This document shows positions 12,470 to 24,329 of a DNA stretch of 62,106 nt, piece after piece. Positions within the stretch are counted from its first letter, which is position 1; every line of letters starts with the position of its first letter. The position numbers were made by a program, and so were the translations under genes. The notes below the pieces were generated by a model, which worked only from the letters and a program-made list of their open reading frames with translations, made no database searches and had not been told where the DNA came from. Origin of the DNA: Octopus bimaculoides (lineage: Eukaryota); contig NC_068981.1 of assembly GCF_001194135.2 (NCBI RefSeq), positions 102,350,649-102,412,754 on the forward strand, given 5' to 3'.

Positions 12470-12787
12470 ACTGGCACTCCGTCAGTTATGACAATGAGTC
12501 TTCCAGTTGGTCCAATCAATGGAACAGCCTGCTCATAAAATTAACTTTCAAGTGGCTGAACATTCCACAGACACATGTATGCTTAATGTAGTTCTTAGAG
12601 AGATTCAGTGTGACACAGAGTGTGACAAGGCTGGCCCTTTGAAATACAGGTACTACTCATTTTTGCCAGCTGAGTGGACTGGGGAAAACATGAAATAGAA
12701 TGTCTTGCTCAAGGACACAATGCACTGCTGGAAATTGAACTCATGACCTTATGATTGTGAGCCAAGTACCTTAACCACTAAGCCACA
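12470..12787 (-). mobile_element. SINE family E (tRNA head, CORE/V-like centre)
   Basis: ggcactccgtc..gtcttgctcaaggacacaa..ttaaccactaagccac; homologous to the 54733 and 55070 copies. Confidence 0.85.
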
Positions 12788-12810
12788 AATACACACGAAC
12801 ACTTACAAAT

Positions 12811-12850
<40 letters not shown>

Positions 12851-12884
12851 CTATATATATAATAGGCTTCTTTCTGTTTTTTAT

Positions 12885-13113
12885 TTCTTTATTGCCCACA
12901 AGGGGTTAAACATAGAGGGGACAAACAAGGACAGACAAAGGGATTAAGTCGATAACATTGACCCCAGTGCGTAACTGGTACTTAATTTATCGACTCCGAA
13001 AGGATGAAAGGCAAAGTCGACCTTGGCGGACTTTGAACTCAGAACGTAGCAGCAGACGAAATACCACTAAGCATTTCGCCTGGTGTGCTAACATTTCTTC
13101 CAGCTCACCGCCT
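12885..13113 (-). mobile_element. SINE family B, near full length
   Basis: Reverse complement of the 3421 copy along its whole length. Confidence 0.92.
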
Positions 13114-13317
13114 TTCAGTTTCTTTCAGTTTTTGTCTACTAAATCTGCTCATAAGGGACTGAACCAGAAAGAATGTGATTGGGAAATGTTCTATCAATAT
13201 TTTGCATGTGGAACTGTGTGTATGTAGTCAGTAGAAAGACTATCATGTGATATATTTACTCTGGAGTAATCTTTTCCATAGATGGCATTGTTTATTGTCT
13301 TAGCAGCATCCTGCCAT

Positions 13318-13670
13318 GGTAGGCACAAGAGTGGTTGTGTGGTTGAGAAGCAAGCTTCTCAATCATGTAATCTCAGATCCAGTCCCACTGCATAATGCCT
13401 TGGGCAAATGTCATCTATTATGGTTCTAGGTTGACTAAACTTTTGTGAGTGGATTTGGTAGAGGGAACTTGAAAGAAGCCTGCCATAGGTTTGTGTGTTT
13501 TGGTGTGTGGTGTGTACTCTTGTTTTGATATCATCTGCAAATTATAAATGAGCATCACCATTATACAGCCGATGCTGTTTGTTTCCAATCTTTCATGTAA
13601 AACATGTCTGGCCTTGAGGAAATATTAGCTTCCTTAGAAACAGGTAAGGGCTGGTGACAGGAAGGGCCTC
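13318..13670 (+). mobile_element. SINE family A head joined to an RTE-type tail segment
   Basis: ggcacaagagtggttgtgtgg..gccttgggcaaatgtc..gaaagaagcc, then ..ggtgacaggaagggc. Confidence 0.7.
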
Positions 13671-13879
13671 AATTCACCTGTATATGACACAATGTAATTA
13701 AGGCAAAGATATTTGTAGTATTCATTGAGTAGAGTTGCACATATAGAGAGCCCATTGATAAGATATAAATAAAAATGCTTGGAATTTGGGATATAGATTT
13801 TCTGTCTTCAACTATATAATATTAATAATTTTTTATTTATCTAGTTCCTCTACTGTATCAGCTGAGTATTGAACCAAAT

Positions 13880-15720
13880 CCAGGTCTTAGTGTTGCAAAA
13901 CTGTAAATATTTCCATATTGAAAATATAGATCTTTAGATCATCTACAAAGAAATCATGAGGAACATTACTGTTACTTGTCATTATAAACCCTAACACTTA
14001 ACCACTAGAATTTTGTAAAAGACTGTGGATTTAGGGTCAGAATAGACATAAACACAGACAAAATATCTCCTAAGAATATTCTCATTGAAATGTAACATCA
14101 GAAGTAATTGTTTTGCTTTCAGTTGCGAATATCTTCTGTTGAACTTGTCTTTGTGAGCCTTTCAATGACAGCAACTGAGAGTGAGAGGTATTTTCACCTG
14201 CTGCTGTGACACCAACAGCAATGAATTGAAAACAGAATAGAAAGTCTTTCTGTTTATCAATCATATTATCACAAGGTCTCTTTGGAATTTTTGTTTTATT
14301 TCAAATAGCACAGCTTTATTTATCAAAAGTTGTTCAACATGTCTCCACACACCTTTCTTTCCACCTGCTTGCTCATTAATGTTTGCTTTGTTGGACCCAC
14401 AATAGTCTTGGAGGAATTTGGTTGAGGCTGGTTGTGTAAAGTTTAAATGTAATATCTAGGCAAGCAATGTTACTATAGTTTTCTACCGTTTTTGTTTTCA
14501 TTTATCCATAGTGTGACAACCCATTTTGGTACATCAATATAGCTTTCTATACTTCTTATAAATATGCATATCAGTGACTTTCTATTGAACGCCAACATCT
14601 TGTACCAATATCCAACTATTAAATCTTTTCTTGGTAGCTTTCTATTATGCAACTTTCTCACAGTTTTGGTGAAAGTTTCAACATTGATTTTTGTATGTTT
14701 TATTGGTGATATTAATACAATATATACTTTTTCCTTGATCGTATCTAGCTGTGGTGCATTCTGATTGAAATGCTTCTTTTCATTCTAGATTTTAGACTAA
14801 CGTGATTAAAGTTCTTCCTTAGAAGGAGGCTCTTTTTACAAGGAAATTGTTTTTCTTCATCCTTGGTATACAGCTTGTCGATTAGAAGGAAGCTTGTGAT
14901 TAATGTTGACTCGCTGAAGTGTTTTTTTTTTTTTTATCATTAACAAAATTTCCACTGAATATCTTAGCTTGTATTTGGATGTTATAAATTGCCGCTCAAG
15001 TGTTTGGTGTGTAGAATCTTGGTATAATTTTACTTATTTACTTTTTCTTTTCTTTTCTTTTTTATATGATGTATTTGATATACTATGAACTTATTCACAA
15101 TATAATGATATTTAAATGTCTGATTCTGTGACTAATGTTGTTTATATTCTTTTTAGTTTTGTTATTCTCCTGGTTTGCTTACATTAAATTATTTCACTAC
15201 AGCATGCTCTGCAAATATCTCTTGTATGTCCTTTGAGAGTGACAGCGATTGTGCACAAGCTGGTATTGATATTCTAATACATGTTGGCACATTTTCTTAT
15301 GGTCTCCAGTGAGATCGTCAATAACTTTTAACATGAAATGTAGTTGTCTTTTTTTCTCTCATTCTTGTCAAAAATGATCTACCATTTAATCATAGCTCTG
15401 AGAAATTGGAAAAATTATTTTCCCACTGTGGTTTTAAATTGTTTTTAAGCTTTACATATTCTACAGCCATCTCTATCAGATCAGTTTCATGTGGAGATTA
15501 TATGAGAGCTGGGTGTCGGTGATGTTGTTGCTGGTTTATTTACATTTTCATTGTTCTCATCTTCATCAGCTTTTGGCTGCTTTTGAATGTCTTCAGAAAA
15601 TCAACCATTGTCACAGGAGTAGGAATAACTATCGCTATCTGTGATGGCCAATTTTCTGGTAATGGAAACTGCCTGCTGAAGAAGCTGTTTAGTCAGGAAC
15701 TGGTGAACTCTGTCACAGTA
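13880..15720 (-). mobile_element. R4/Dong-clade non-LTR retrotransposon RT region, heavily decayed
   Basis: Frameshifted minus-strand translation gives PPSKEEL..NEKKHFNQNA..RKLHNRKLPRKDLIVGYWYK..PKWVVT..NYSNIACLDITFKLYT..NEQAGGKKGV..EQLLINKAV..GDILSV..LTLNP..HDFFVDDLKIY, with the catalytic motif at about 13926-13955. Confidence 0.85.
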
Positions 15721-15834
15721 ATTCTTTAACAATTGCATATTGCTGATGGAATGAATTTCATTGATTTCTTAATAGCACAAGAGTAAATTTTGATTACTCT
15801 CTCTCTCTCACTTGCCATATATATATCTTTTGTC

Positions 15835-16060
15835 TTTTACTTATTTCAGTCATTGACTGTGCAGACATGCTGGGGCACTGCTTTGAAAGGTTTTTAGTCA
15901 AACAAATCGACCCCAGGACTTATTTTCTTTCAAAGTCTGGTACTTATTCTATTGTTCTCTTTACTGAACTGCTAAGTTACAGGGACATAAGTAGAACAGT
16001 ACCAGTTGTAATGTGTTAGTGAGGGACAAACACAGACACAAAGAAACACACACACACATA
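15835..16060 (-). mobile_element. SINE family A tail half
   Basis: Family A homology. Confidence 0.85.
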
Positions 16061-16089
16061 TATATATATATGTGTATATAAATATAGGG

Positions 16090-16640
16090 TAAAGGAGTAT
16101 TAATTTATTAATAAATTAATAATTAATAATTTTTACCAAGTAGTTCGGTATGTAAAAAAACATTATTGGTAACGAACATGTTTAAAAAGTTCTTTTGAAT
16201 TTATAAACATAATTAAGGGATCAGCAACAGTTGCTTCACCACATACCGAAGTTTAGAAATAGCAGTTAAAGTGCTAAAACTCCAACAGATAGCAATACTT
16301 ATAACTCACAAAGGCAAAACAAGAAGAAAAAATAACGAAACTAACCAGTCTTAATCAATCATAGACGCGTTTCTGGATCAGAATAGTAAAAACCTTCATT
16401 TCCGTCATCAGTATGATATTCTAGATTATAAATTTGAAAATGCTGGGAAAAAATCATGTATGCTTGACCAAGCGACATCGTGCATCACATAAGAGAAGCA
16501 GCATTTCCGAATTTATATAGGCGAGTCAGTCCATATCCCTCCTAGCAAAAAATCTTCAGGAGGGATATGCTGGCAAAAAACTCTGTGAGTATTTTGCTAC
16601 GTTTGATAACAGATACAATATTTTTGCCAAATTTTGGTAT
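16090..16640 (-). mobile_element. Penelope-like pLTR relic carrying a hammerhead ribozyme
   Basis: AT-rich non-SINE segment with an HHR at 16358-16417 and an 11-bp hairpin atatccctcct/aggagggatat at about 16533-16568. The PLE assignment is inferred from the ribozyme type. Confidence 0.6.
16358..16417 (-). ncRNA. Minimal type I hammerhead ribozyme
   Basis: Minus strand reads AUCAUA CUGAUGA c GGA (23 nt) UCC a GAAA CGCG UC UAUGAU. Helix I is a perfect 6 bp, helix III is the palindrome ACGCGU, and the triplet is GUC. Confidence 0.85.
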
Positions 16641-16679
16641 AAATCTATAAATACATACATATATATATATATATACATA

Positions 16680-17150
16680 TATCATCATCAACATCATCAT
16701 CGTTTAACGTCCACTTTCCATGCTGGCAGTGGTTGGATGATTTGACTGAGGACTGGCGAACCAGATGGCTGCACCAGGCTCCAATCTGATCTGGCAGAGT
16801 TTCTACAGCTGGATGCCCTTCCTAATGCCAACCACTGTGCGAGTGTAGTGGGTGCTTTTACTTGCCACCGGCACAAGGGCCAGTCAGGCGCTACTGGCAA
16901 CAGCCATGCTCAAATGGTGTTTTTTACGTACCATCTGCACAGGAACCAGTGAAGCGGCACTGGCAATGACCTTGCTCGAATATTTTTTCACGTGCCACTG
17001 GCACAAGGGCCAGTAAGGCGACACTGGTAACGATCCTGTTCGAATGATGCTTTTTATGTGCCACCGGCACGGAAGCCGGTCAGCTGTTTTGGCAACAATC
17101 ATGCTCGGATGGTGCTCTTAGCACTCCACTAGCACAGATGCCAGTCATCG
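16680..17150 (-). mobile_element. SINE family C with internal tandem repeats
   Basis: catcatcatcgtttaacgtcc head of the plus strand; the gtgccaccggcac..ctggcaac unit is repeated about 4 times. Confidence 0.9.
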
Positions 17151-17235
17151 AATTTGATTTTGATTATATATATAAATTTATATATAAATAATACATTTCT
17201 AAATCTCTCAGAGAGATTTATGCAGTAGTGATGCA

Positions 17236-17650
17236 ATAAAGTAGTTGTATGCTGTCAACTTAATGTGACAGTCCCATGAAGGGAATAATACTACTGCTAT
17301 TTAGCCCTAGGAAGCTGCACCGCTTCCTGTCAGCCATGACACATTTCCTGTGTCCTTATGTTTACAAGGGGGAGACAAGCACCTCCACCCAGCTAAGCTT
17401 GCATCCAGAGACATGTTTCTGAGTCTTTGCTCCTCATCAGTCTGGAGTAGCAATGGCCTGCTACTCAGAAACATGTCTCTGGATGCAGGCTTAGCTGGGT
17501 GGAGGTGCTTGTCTCCCCCTTGTAAACATAAGGACACAGGAAATGTGTCAAGCCGACAGGAAGCGGTGCTGCTTCCTAGAGCTAAGCAACAGTACTATTA
17601 TTCACTTCATGGGACTATCACATTAAGTTGACAGCATACAACTACTTTAT
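17236..17650. repeat. Fold-back inverted repeat: arms 17236-17424 and 17463-17650, 38-nt spacer
   Basis: Manual alignment gives about 12 differences in about 189 bp. Confidence 0.95.
17404..17446 (-). ncRNA. 43-nt minimal type I hammerhead ribozyme
   Basis: Minus strand reads UCCAGA CUGAUGA g GAG caaaga CUC a GAAA CAUG UC UCUGGA. Helix I is a perfect 6 bp, helix III is the palindrome ACAUGU, and the triplet is GUC. Confidence 0.85.
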
Positions 17651-17665
17651 ATATATATATATATA

Positions 17666-17763
<98 letters not shown>

Positions 17764-18095
17764 AGGCACCTAGCTCAGTGGTTAGAGTGTCAACCTTACG
17801 ATTGTGAGGTTGTGAGTTCAATTCCCGGACCGGGTTGCGTGTTGTATTCTTGAGCAAGACACTTTATTTCATGCTGCTCCAGTTCACTCACCTGTAGAAA
17901 TGAATTCCAGCATCACTGGTGCCAAGCTGTATCAGCCTTTGTCTCTTTCCCTTGGATAACATTGGTGGCATGGAGAGGGGAGGTTGGTATGCATGAGTGA
18001 TTGCTGGTCTTCTATAAACAACCTTGCCTGGACTTGTGCCCCAGAGGGTAACTTTCTAGGTATAATCCCGTGGTCATTCATGACCGAAGGAGTCT
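17764..18095 (+). mobile_element. SINE family D, near full length
   Basis: Box A tagctcagtgg and box B gttcaattcc, then ttcttgagcaagacacttt; homologous to the 49406 copy. Confidence 0.9.
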
Positions 18096-19096
18096 TGGTA
18101 TATTGTAATAAGTATAGGCTTAGGAATATGGGCGCAGAGAGTGTGCTTGAACTTCTTAAAACTTTTGGGAGGTAATGAAAATATCTTGAACATGCTGGGT
18201 TTTCACCCTCGAAGCAAATTTTGTTCCCACACTAATACTAGTAAAAATAAAACAAGTAGATATTTTAGGCTACTACTACACTATTTCTGTTGTATATTTA
18301 TTCAAAACACAAGTATGGTATGTAATTTGATGTGTAACATTATGCAAGTCCGTGTTTTCATAAAGCACCATTTCATCAAGTATTACACCTCCAAATACTT
18401 GAGATATCTCCTAAAAGTCAAGTTACATCACAATGCTCATATTCTGGATAGATACACTATGGAAACATGCATGGTAATACCGTAAAATATTCATTCATTT
18501 ATTCTCATTACTTTAAATTACACTGGATTGAATGTACCAATTATTCCTTTGATAAATGTTTGGGTTTGCTGTATAGTCAATACCTGTGAACTATCATTTC
18601 AACTACTGATCTGGATAGTTAATTTATCAAGAATATTTGGATTTAATTGTCTAGTCAAAGTACTTGGAGGTGTTTTGCTACTATATTTATTCAACATGTA
18701 CGACTGTTGATTCAGAAATTTTTCTTTTCTCTTCATTTTTTACCCCACTCTCCATCTGTTTTTTTTTCTCATTCCTTTATATAGAAGAGCATACGCTCAA
18801 AACATCAAAGACTCTTCCATGTTGTCTGATTGTCAAATTAATATACCTTGTTTGTTGTTCCCTCACCTGTCTCTGTCTTTTGTTTTTTGTATTTTTGTAG
18901 TTTTGAACCATTTATTTTTTATAATTTCTTTGATCTGATTTAATCAATCACCTCTCTCTCTCTTTCTCCCTCTCCCTCTGTATATATATATATGTGTGTG
19001 TGTGAGTGTATGTTGATGATGATGATGATGACGATGATATATATATANNNNNNNNNNNNNNNNNNNNNNNAGAGAGAGAGAGAGAGATTTAGATAT

Positions 19097-19420
19097 ATAT
19101 CATCATCATCATCATTTAACATCCACCTTCCATGTTGGCATGGGTTGGACATTTTGACAGGAACTAGCAAGGTAGAAGACTACACCAGACTTCTGTATCT
19201 GTTTTGGCTTCGTTTTTATGGCTGGATGCTCTTCCTAACACCAACCACCCCACAGAGTGAAGTGAGTGCTTTTTACATGGCACCAACACAGGTGAGGTCA
19301 GTTTTGTCATGGTTTTTACAGCTGGATGCCCTTCCAAATACCAACCACTTCACAGTGTGAATGGATGCTTTTTACATGGCACGAGCACTGGCAGGGTCAC
19401 CAAGTAAGTAACTTGCAAGA
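19097..19420 (-). mobile_element. SINE family C
   Basis: Same structure as the 4032 copy. Confidence 0.85.
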
Positions 19421-19598
19421 CAAAGAATTTTTGAGAGGGGAGGGTATTGGAGGAGGTGAGCTTGTGTCAGATAATGAAAAGTTAGAGTGTGGCAGAGAGA
19501 CAGAGAGGCAGAAACTGTCTTTCTATAGTGGAGGTACATGGCTACCTGGCCAAGAAAGAGAAAGAGAAGGAGAAAGAGAGAAAGTTAGGAAGAGAGTG

Positions 19599-19640
<42 letters not shown>

Positions 19641-19650
19641 NNNNNNNNNN

Positions 19651-19687
<37 letters not shown>

Positions 19688-19849
19688 GGAGAGAGAGAGG
19701 TAACAGAAAAGAGGACAGAAATGCACACATTGTATTTACATTTTTATTTGTGCGTGTGTGTATGTGTATAATCAAATAGTGAGCTGAGACTAATAATATA
19801 CTACAAAAACACTCAAATTAAAAAACTTCTTATCCAAAAATAGTCATTA

Positions 19850-20820
19850 TGTCTTTCTGTGCTGATAGCTGGCTCTTGAGCTTCTTAAGCTTTGGAGAAG
19901 AGGTGAGACACAATTCCATATAGTGAGCCTCCATTTCTGGATTATAAAGATATATTCACATTTAATCTCCTGTCATCAGATTGGAAAAAAATCATGCCTT
20001 CATTGCCTTCAAATGCTTTTAGCAGATCAAAGCAGACTTGCATCATCCTCTCCTTCTTATTGAGTGTCAACTGTCATTATTTCCACTTTGCACACACTTT
20101 CCCATGCCTAAAGCCTCACACCATCTGTAATGCATTGTGACCACAGTCCAGTTTTGCGGCAATCTCATCGATTATGACTCATCTGCCCATGTAAATCAGT
20201 TTGGCCACACACTGGCAATTCGTATCAGTGGTTGCAGTTGATAGTTTTCCATTGCTAGCTTTGTCTTCAATGTTGGTTCCTCCCCTTTAGTGTTTAAACC
20301 TGCCATATCGGGCCCAAATATTCTACATGTTTTATATTTGAACTAGTCACATCTAGCCTCTCACACCAAACCCACATTGACATTCAAAAAATAAATAATT
20401 ACATCATTGAGATTTCAAAGCAATGAGATAATGCATGATTAATTCAAAATAATTTGAGTGAAAAGGCATTACATTTGACAGAGATATCTGAACATTAAAG
20501 GGTTAAACTTCTTCATACACATTGCTGTTATTAATGATACTGTCCCCACAAACAACCTGTAGCCCTCTATGGATGCTTGTAACCTCCTTGTCAAGAACTC
20601 AATAATGGCAGGTTGCTTCTGCTTGAATTCCATTATTTGCCTGCAATGAAGAACAAAAAGAAGAATTACTATAGAAGAATACTGTCCCAATGTGTGCAAT
20701 TTGAATGACCTATATCAGCTAAACCACTAGAGGCCATAATTCAGCTATGAATATTATAAATTTTTACATTTTCTTAGCTCCAAAGAGCTCTTTCATTATG
20801 TATCTCCTGCTGTATTGCTT
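19850..20820 (-). mobile_element. Mariner transposase relic, interrupted by a piggyBac-type MITE
   Basis: Minus strand gives MEFKQKQPAIIEFL (ATG at 20633), then LMTGD*M*IYLYNPEMEA..SSPKLKKLKSQLSAQKDIMTIF, matching mariner TGDE.W..Y.PE..SA.KVM motifs. Confidence 0.8.
20283..20502 (-). mobile_element. piggyBac-type MITE
   Basis: ccctttag..taaaggg followed by TTAA; homologous to the 6214 copy. Confidence 0.8.
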
Positions 20821-21031
20821 ATTTTAATGGCATACTTAAAGAATACTGTAAATGTGAAGAATATAAGCAGAGGAATGCAAAAGTCTTTGCAATATTTATT
20901 TATATTAAATTTAAAATATCTGTCTCAAAAATTAGACATTGACCATTAATGGGTTAATAAAAAAGTTATGCAGACTTTTGCAATGCTTATGGGACAACCA
21001 TCATACATAATTTAATCTGTTTATGTCTATG

Positions 21032-21062
<31 letters not shown>

Positions 21063-21226
21063 TACATATGTATGTATATATATAATGGTATGTATGTATA
21101 TACATATACAATGTTCACATGCATATATGCATAACATTTGTCAGTATGTATTTATAATCAATAATTTCCAATAGGAAAAGTGCAGACCGCGTTACACACA
21201 CACACACACATGCACTCACACACATC

Positions 21227-21275
<49 letters not shown>

Positions 21276-21685
21276 GCGTGTGTGCGTGCAAGCGAGTGTT
21301 TGTTTATTCCTATGATCTTTCATATTTTGTAAATCAGGGAGGAAATATGCCATACATATTTATCTTAATATTTTCAGTAAAATATGTTGCAGTTCCTCTC
21401 GTTGTCTGTCATACTGTTTTATTTCTGTCAGGCAACTCCTTGTTTGTTTCAATATTTTCTGTTGCAAAAATTTCTTCCCCATTTTATTTTTTTTTCTATA
21501 ACTCATAGAAGTAGTTTGTTTTGGTTTTATGCATGTAGTATTTATGGACCAATATTCTTGTTTGGCAGGCCTTCCTTGACAAGACTCACCATGCGAACTC
21601 AGTAAATTTTTAATTTTGAAGCATGTTGCTGTTAGATAAGAACCTTCCTGTACTATTAACTACTTATGTTTGAATACATATCTAT

Positions 21686-21848
21686 AGGCACAGGCATGGC
21701 CGTACGGTAAGAAGCTTGCTTCCCAACTTCATAGTTCCAGACTCAGTCCAACTATGTGGCACCTTGGACAAGTGTCTTTGGCTATAGCTTCAAGCCAACC
21801 AGAGCCTTGAGAGTGGATTTGGTAAACGGAAACTGAAAGAAGCCTGTC

Positions 21849-21904
<56 letters not shown>

Positions 21905-22120
21905 TGTGTGTGTGTTTGTGTCTGTGTTAGTGTCTCACCATTACTTGACAACCAGTGTTGGCATGTTTACTTCTCTAGAGTTTGGCAAAAGAGAGCAATG
22001 GAATAAGCACCAAACTTTGAAAAAAAAATGTACTGGGGTCGATTCATTCGACTAAAAAATTCTTCAGGGCTGTGCCCCAGCATGGCCGCAGTGTAATGAC
22101 TGAACTAAATAACAGATAAA
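21686..22120 (+). mobile_element. SINE family A, full length, decayed
   Basis: Runs from the head ggcacaggcatggccgtacggtaagaagcttgct to the tail ccagcatggccgcagtgtaatgactgaac. Confidence 0.88.
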
Positions 22121-22459
22121 CAATAAAAATAATCCTAGTATTTTTAGTGCCACTATTGTATATTATTCCAGCAGCATGTCCAGCCCTTGCTACAGTGTGG
22201 TAGCTTGTGTACCTCAGTGTCCTTGAGAGTGATACCTGCAGAGCTCAGCCTTCTTGTAGGGTCTCTCGTGCTGAACAAGTCAAAGGATAGAGGCCAGATT
22301 AATTTGCACCACTTCCACCCAGAAGTAGAAATTAGTTTGTGCAATGCTAACATCATTCACCTAGAAAAAAGGGCAAACTTACAGAAACATCAATGACAAT
22401 ACAAAACCAATAGAACCAGGGAAAGGAAGGTCTTCCTTCAGAGGAAACGTATGACACAT

Positions 22460-22650
22460 CATTATCATCCTCATCATTTAATGTCTGCTGTCCATGCTGG
22501 TATGGGTTTGGTGGTTTGACCAGGACTGACAAGCTGAGGGGCTGCATTAGTCTCCAGTCTGATTTTCTATGGCTGGATGCCCTTTGTAGTGCCAACCACG
22601 CCAAGAGAGTAACAGGTGCTTTTATGTGCCACCAGCATGGGTGCCCGAAA
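22460..22650 (-). mobile_element. SINE family C 3' part
   Basis: catcatttaatgtc..ggatgccctt..ccaaccac. Confidence 0.8.
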
Positions 22651-23263
22651 GGAAGCAGGAATACATCTAGAGAGAAGCAGAAAAGAAAGAATTGAGAACA
22701 AGGAAGTAATTGATGGCCTATACTCCATAAGGAATTAAGAGGCTTAAGTGAATAACTAGATATGATAAGTAACTGATGAGTAGGTAATTATTTCTTGATA
22801 TTAGCTGCATGTTATTGCCTCATTGTAAAACTGTTGGGGGTGGGGCCTGTTAAGAGTGGTTTCCTGAAAGATATGTTTATCTTTTTGTTGTTGTTTATGG
22901 AGTAATTTTCTTAATGATGTGCTGTATACTGTCAGATGGTGTGTGAATGTATGATGGAAGGCTAATTGGTTTCTTAAATAGGTTGCATGGCTTCTAGTTT
23001 ACTTTAATGTAACAGCCGCGAAGTTTACCAATATGCGGATAGCTTCAACTGTCAAACACAGACCAAATTTGATGAATGTTGCAATTATTGGTTTACTGAG
23101 ATGTCACCTATGTGACTAACAGTTTTCAGTGCAGAAGCACTAAAATTTGTAATTGTTAAAAGTTTCCTCATAACTAAGCGTATTCTTAGAATATTAAAAT
23201 ATCTCACTTAGAATATTTATCAGTCTCTCTCTGCTCCTCTATCATACGTACAGAAAGAGAGAG

Positions 23264-23276
23264 AGAGAGAGGGAGA

Positions 23277-23352
<76 letters not shown>

Positions 23353-23360
23353 GAGAGAGA
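23264..23360. repeat. (GA)n microsatellite
   Basis: Direct reading of the sequence. Confidence 0.99.
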
Positions 23361-23899
23361 TTTAGGGTCTGGTGTTATAAAGAGAAGAAATAAAACAGTA
23401 TATTCAAAAGTATGAATACCTTTCTATTTAGCTGTACATCTACATAAGTAACTCACATGAGGTCTGAGAGCACTGTACACTGCACCTTTCAATCTAGTCA
23501 AAGTTTTGTTTGCTAAGCTAAACAAAAAGACATATAGGCATGACCATAATTACAAGCATGGCTGTAAGGAGCAGATATGGCTATATGCTTAAGAAGTTTG
23601 TTCCCTAACCATGTGGTTTCTGGTTCAGTCCTACTGTGGGGAACCTTGGACAAATATCTTCTACTATAGCCAGAAGAGTTTTAAGCAGCATAATAGGCCC
23701 CTAGACAAATCAGTGCATTGGGCCCTATACTATTTATTGATTGACAGCAAACCACAGCAGGGATCAGAATTGGACCCCAAGACCTGTGAGTATATATGTC
23801 AGAAAATCCAGGAAACTGGCCCTCTGAGTCTGTATAATTCAGGAAAGTGCTTTAGTTTTCTGTATATCTAGCTGTATGTAATTGCTATCAGCATAGAGA

Positions 23900-24058
23900 T
23901 GCAGGCGTTGCTGTGTAATAAGAAGCTTGCTTTTCAACCACATGGTTCTGGGTTCAATCCCACTGTATGGCTCCTTGGGGAAGTGTCTTCTACTATAGCC
24001 TTGGTCCAACAAAAGCCTTGTGAATGGATTTGGTAGACAGAAACTGAAAGAAGCCCAT

Positions 24059-24060
<2 letters not shown>
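23900..24060 (+). mobile_element. SINE family A 5' half (another decayed head at about 23555-23680)
   Basis: gcaggcgttgctgtgtaataagaagcttgc..gaaagaagccc. Confidence 0.85.
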
Positions 24061-24090
<30 letters not shown>

Positions 24091-24329
24091 NNNNNNNNNN
24101 NNNNNNNNNNNNNNNNNNNNNNNNNNNNNNNNNNNNNNNNNNNNNNNNNNNNNNNNNNNNNNNNNNNNNNNNNNNNNNNNNNNNNNNNNNNNNNNNNNNN
24201 NNNNNNNNNNNNNNNNNNNNNNNNNNNNNNNNNNNNNNNNNNNNNNNNNNNNNNNNNNNNNNNNNNNNNNNNNNNNNNNNNNNNNNNNNNNNNNNNNNNN
24301 NNNNNNNNNNNNNNNNNNNNNNNNGTTTA

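Noticed and set aside
15520-15580. CTGATGA..GAAA..GTA on the minus strand
   Set aside because: No helix I or II can form, and it lies in the R4 coding relic; a chance match.
16860-17110. Repeat-spacer-like pattern resembling CRISPR
   Set aside because: The units are degenerate tandem repeats inside a eukaryotic SINE, with no unique spacers and no cas genes.
17764-17835. tRNA-like sequence with box A and box B (also at 12720, 39952, 49406, 54733)
   Set aside because: It continues directly into SINE body sequence and has no paired acceptor stem, so it is a SINE head rather than a tRNA gene.
18385-18673. Short inverted repeat acacctccaa.tactt about 290 bp apart, and a CELSF motif resembling the hAT dimerisation domain
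   Set aside because: Too short, no TSD found, and the motif similarity is marginal.
19970-19985. CTGATGA on the minus strand (also 22772, 29612, 36838)
   Set aside because: These encode LMTGD in mariner or SDET in RTE, or lie in a SINE or lack a downstream GAAA and helices.
22700-23200. Possible old LINE or other coding relic (also 45290-45700)
   Set aside because: No diagnostic motif was recovered in any frame by eye.
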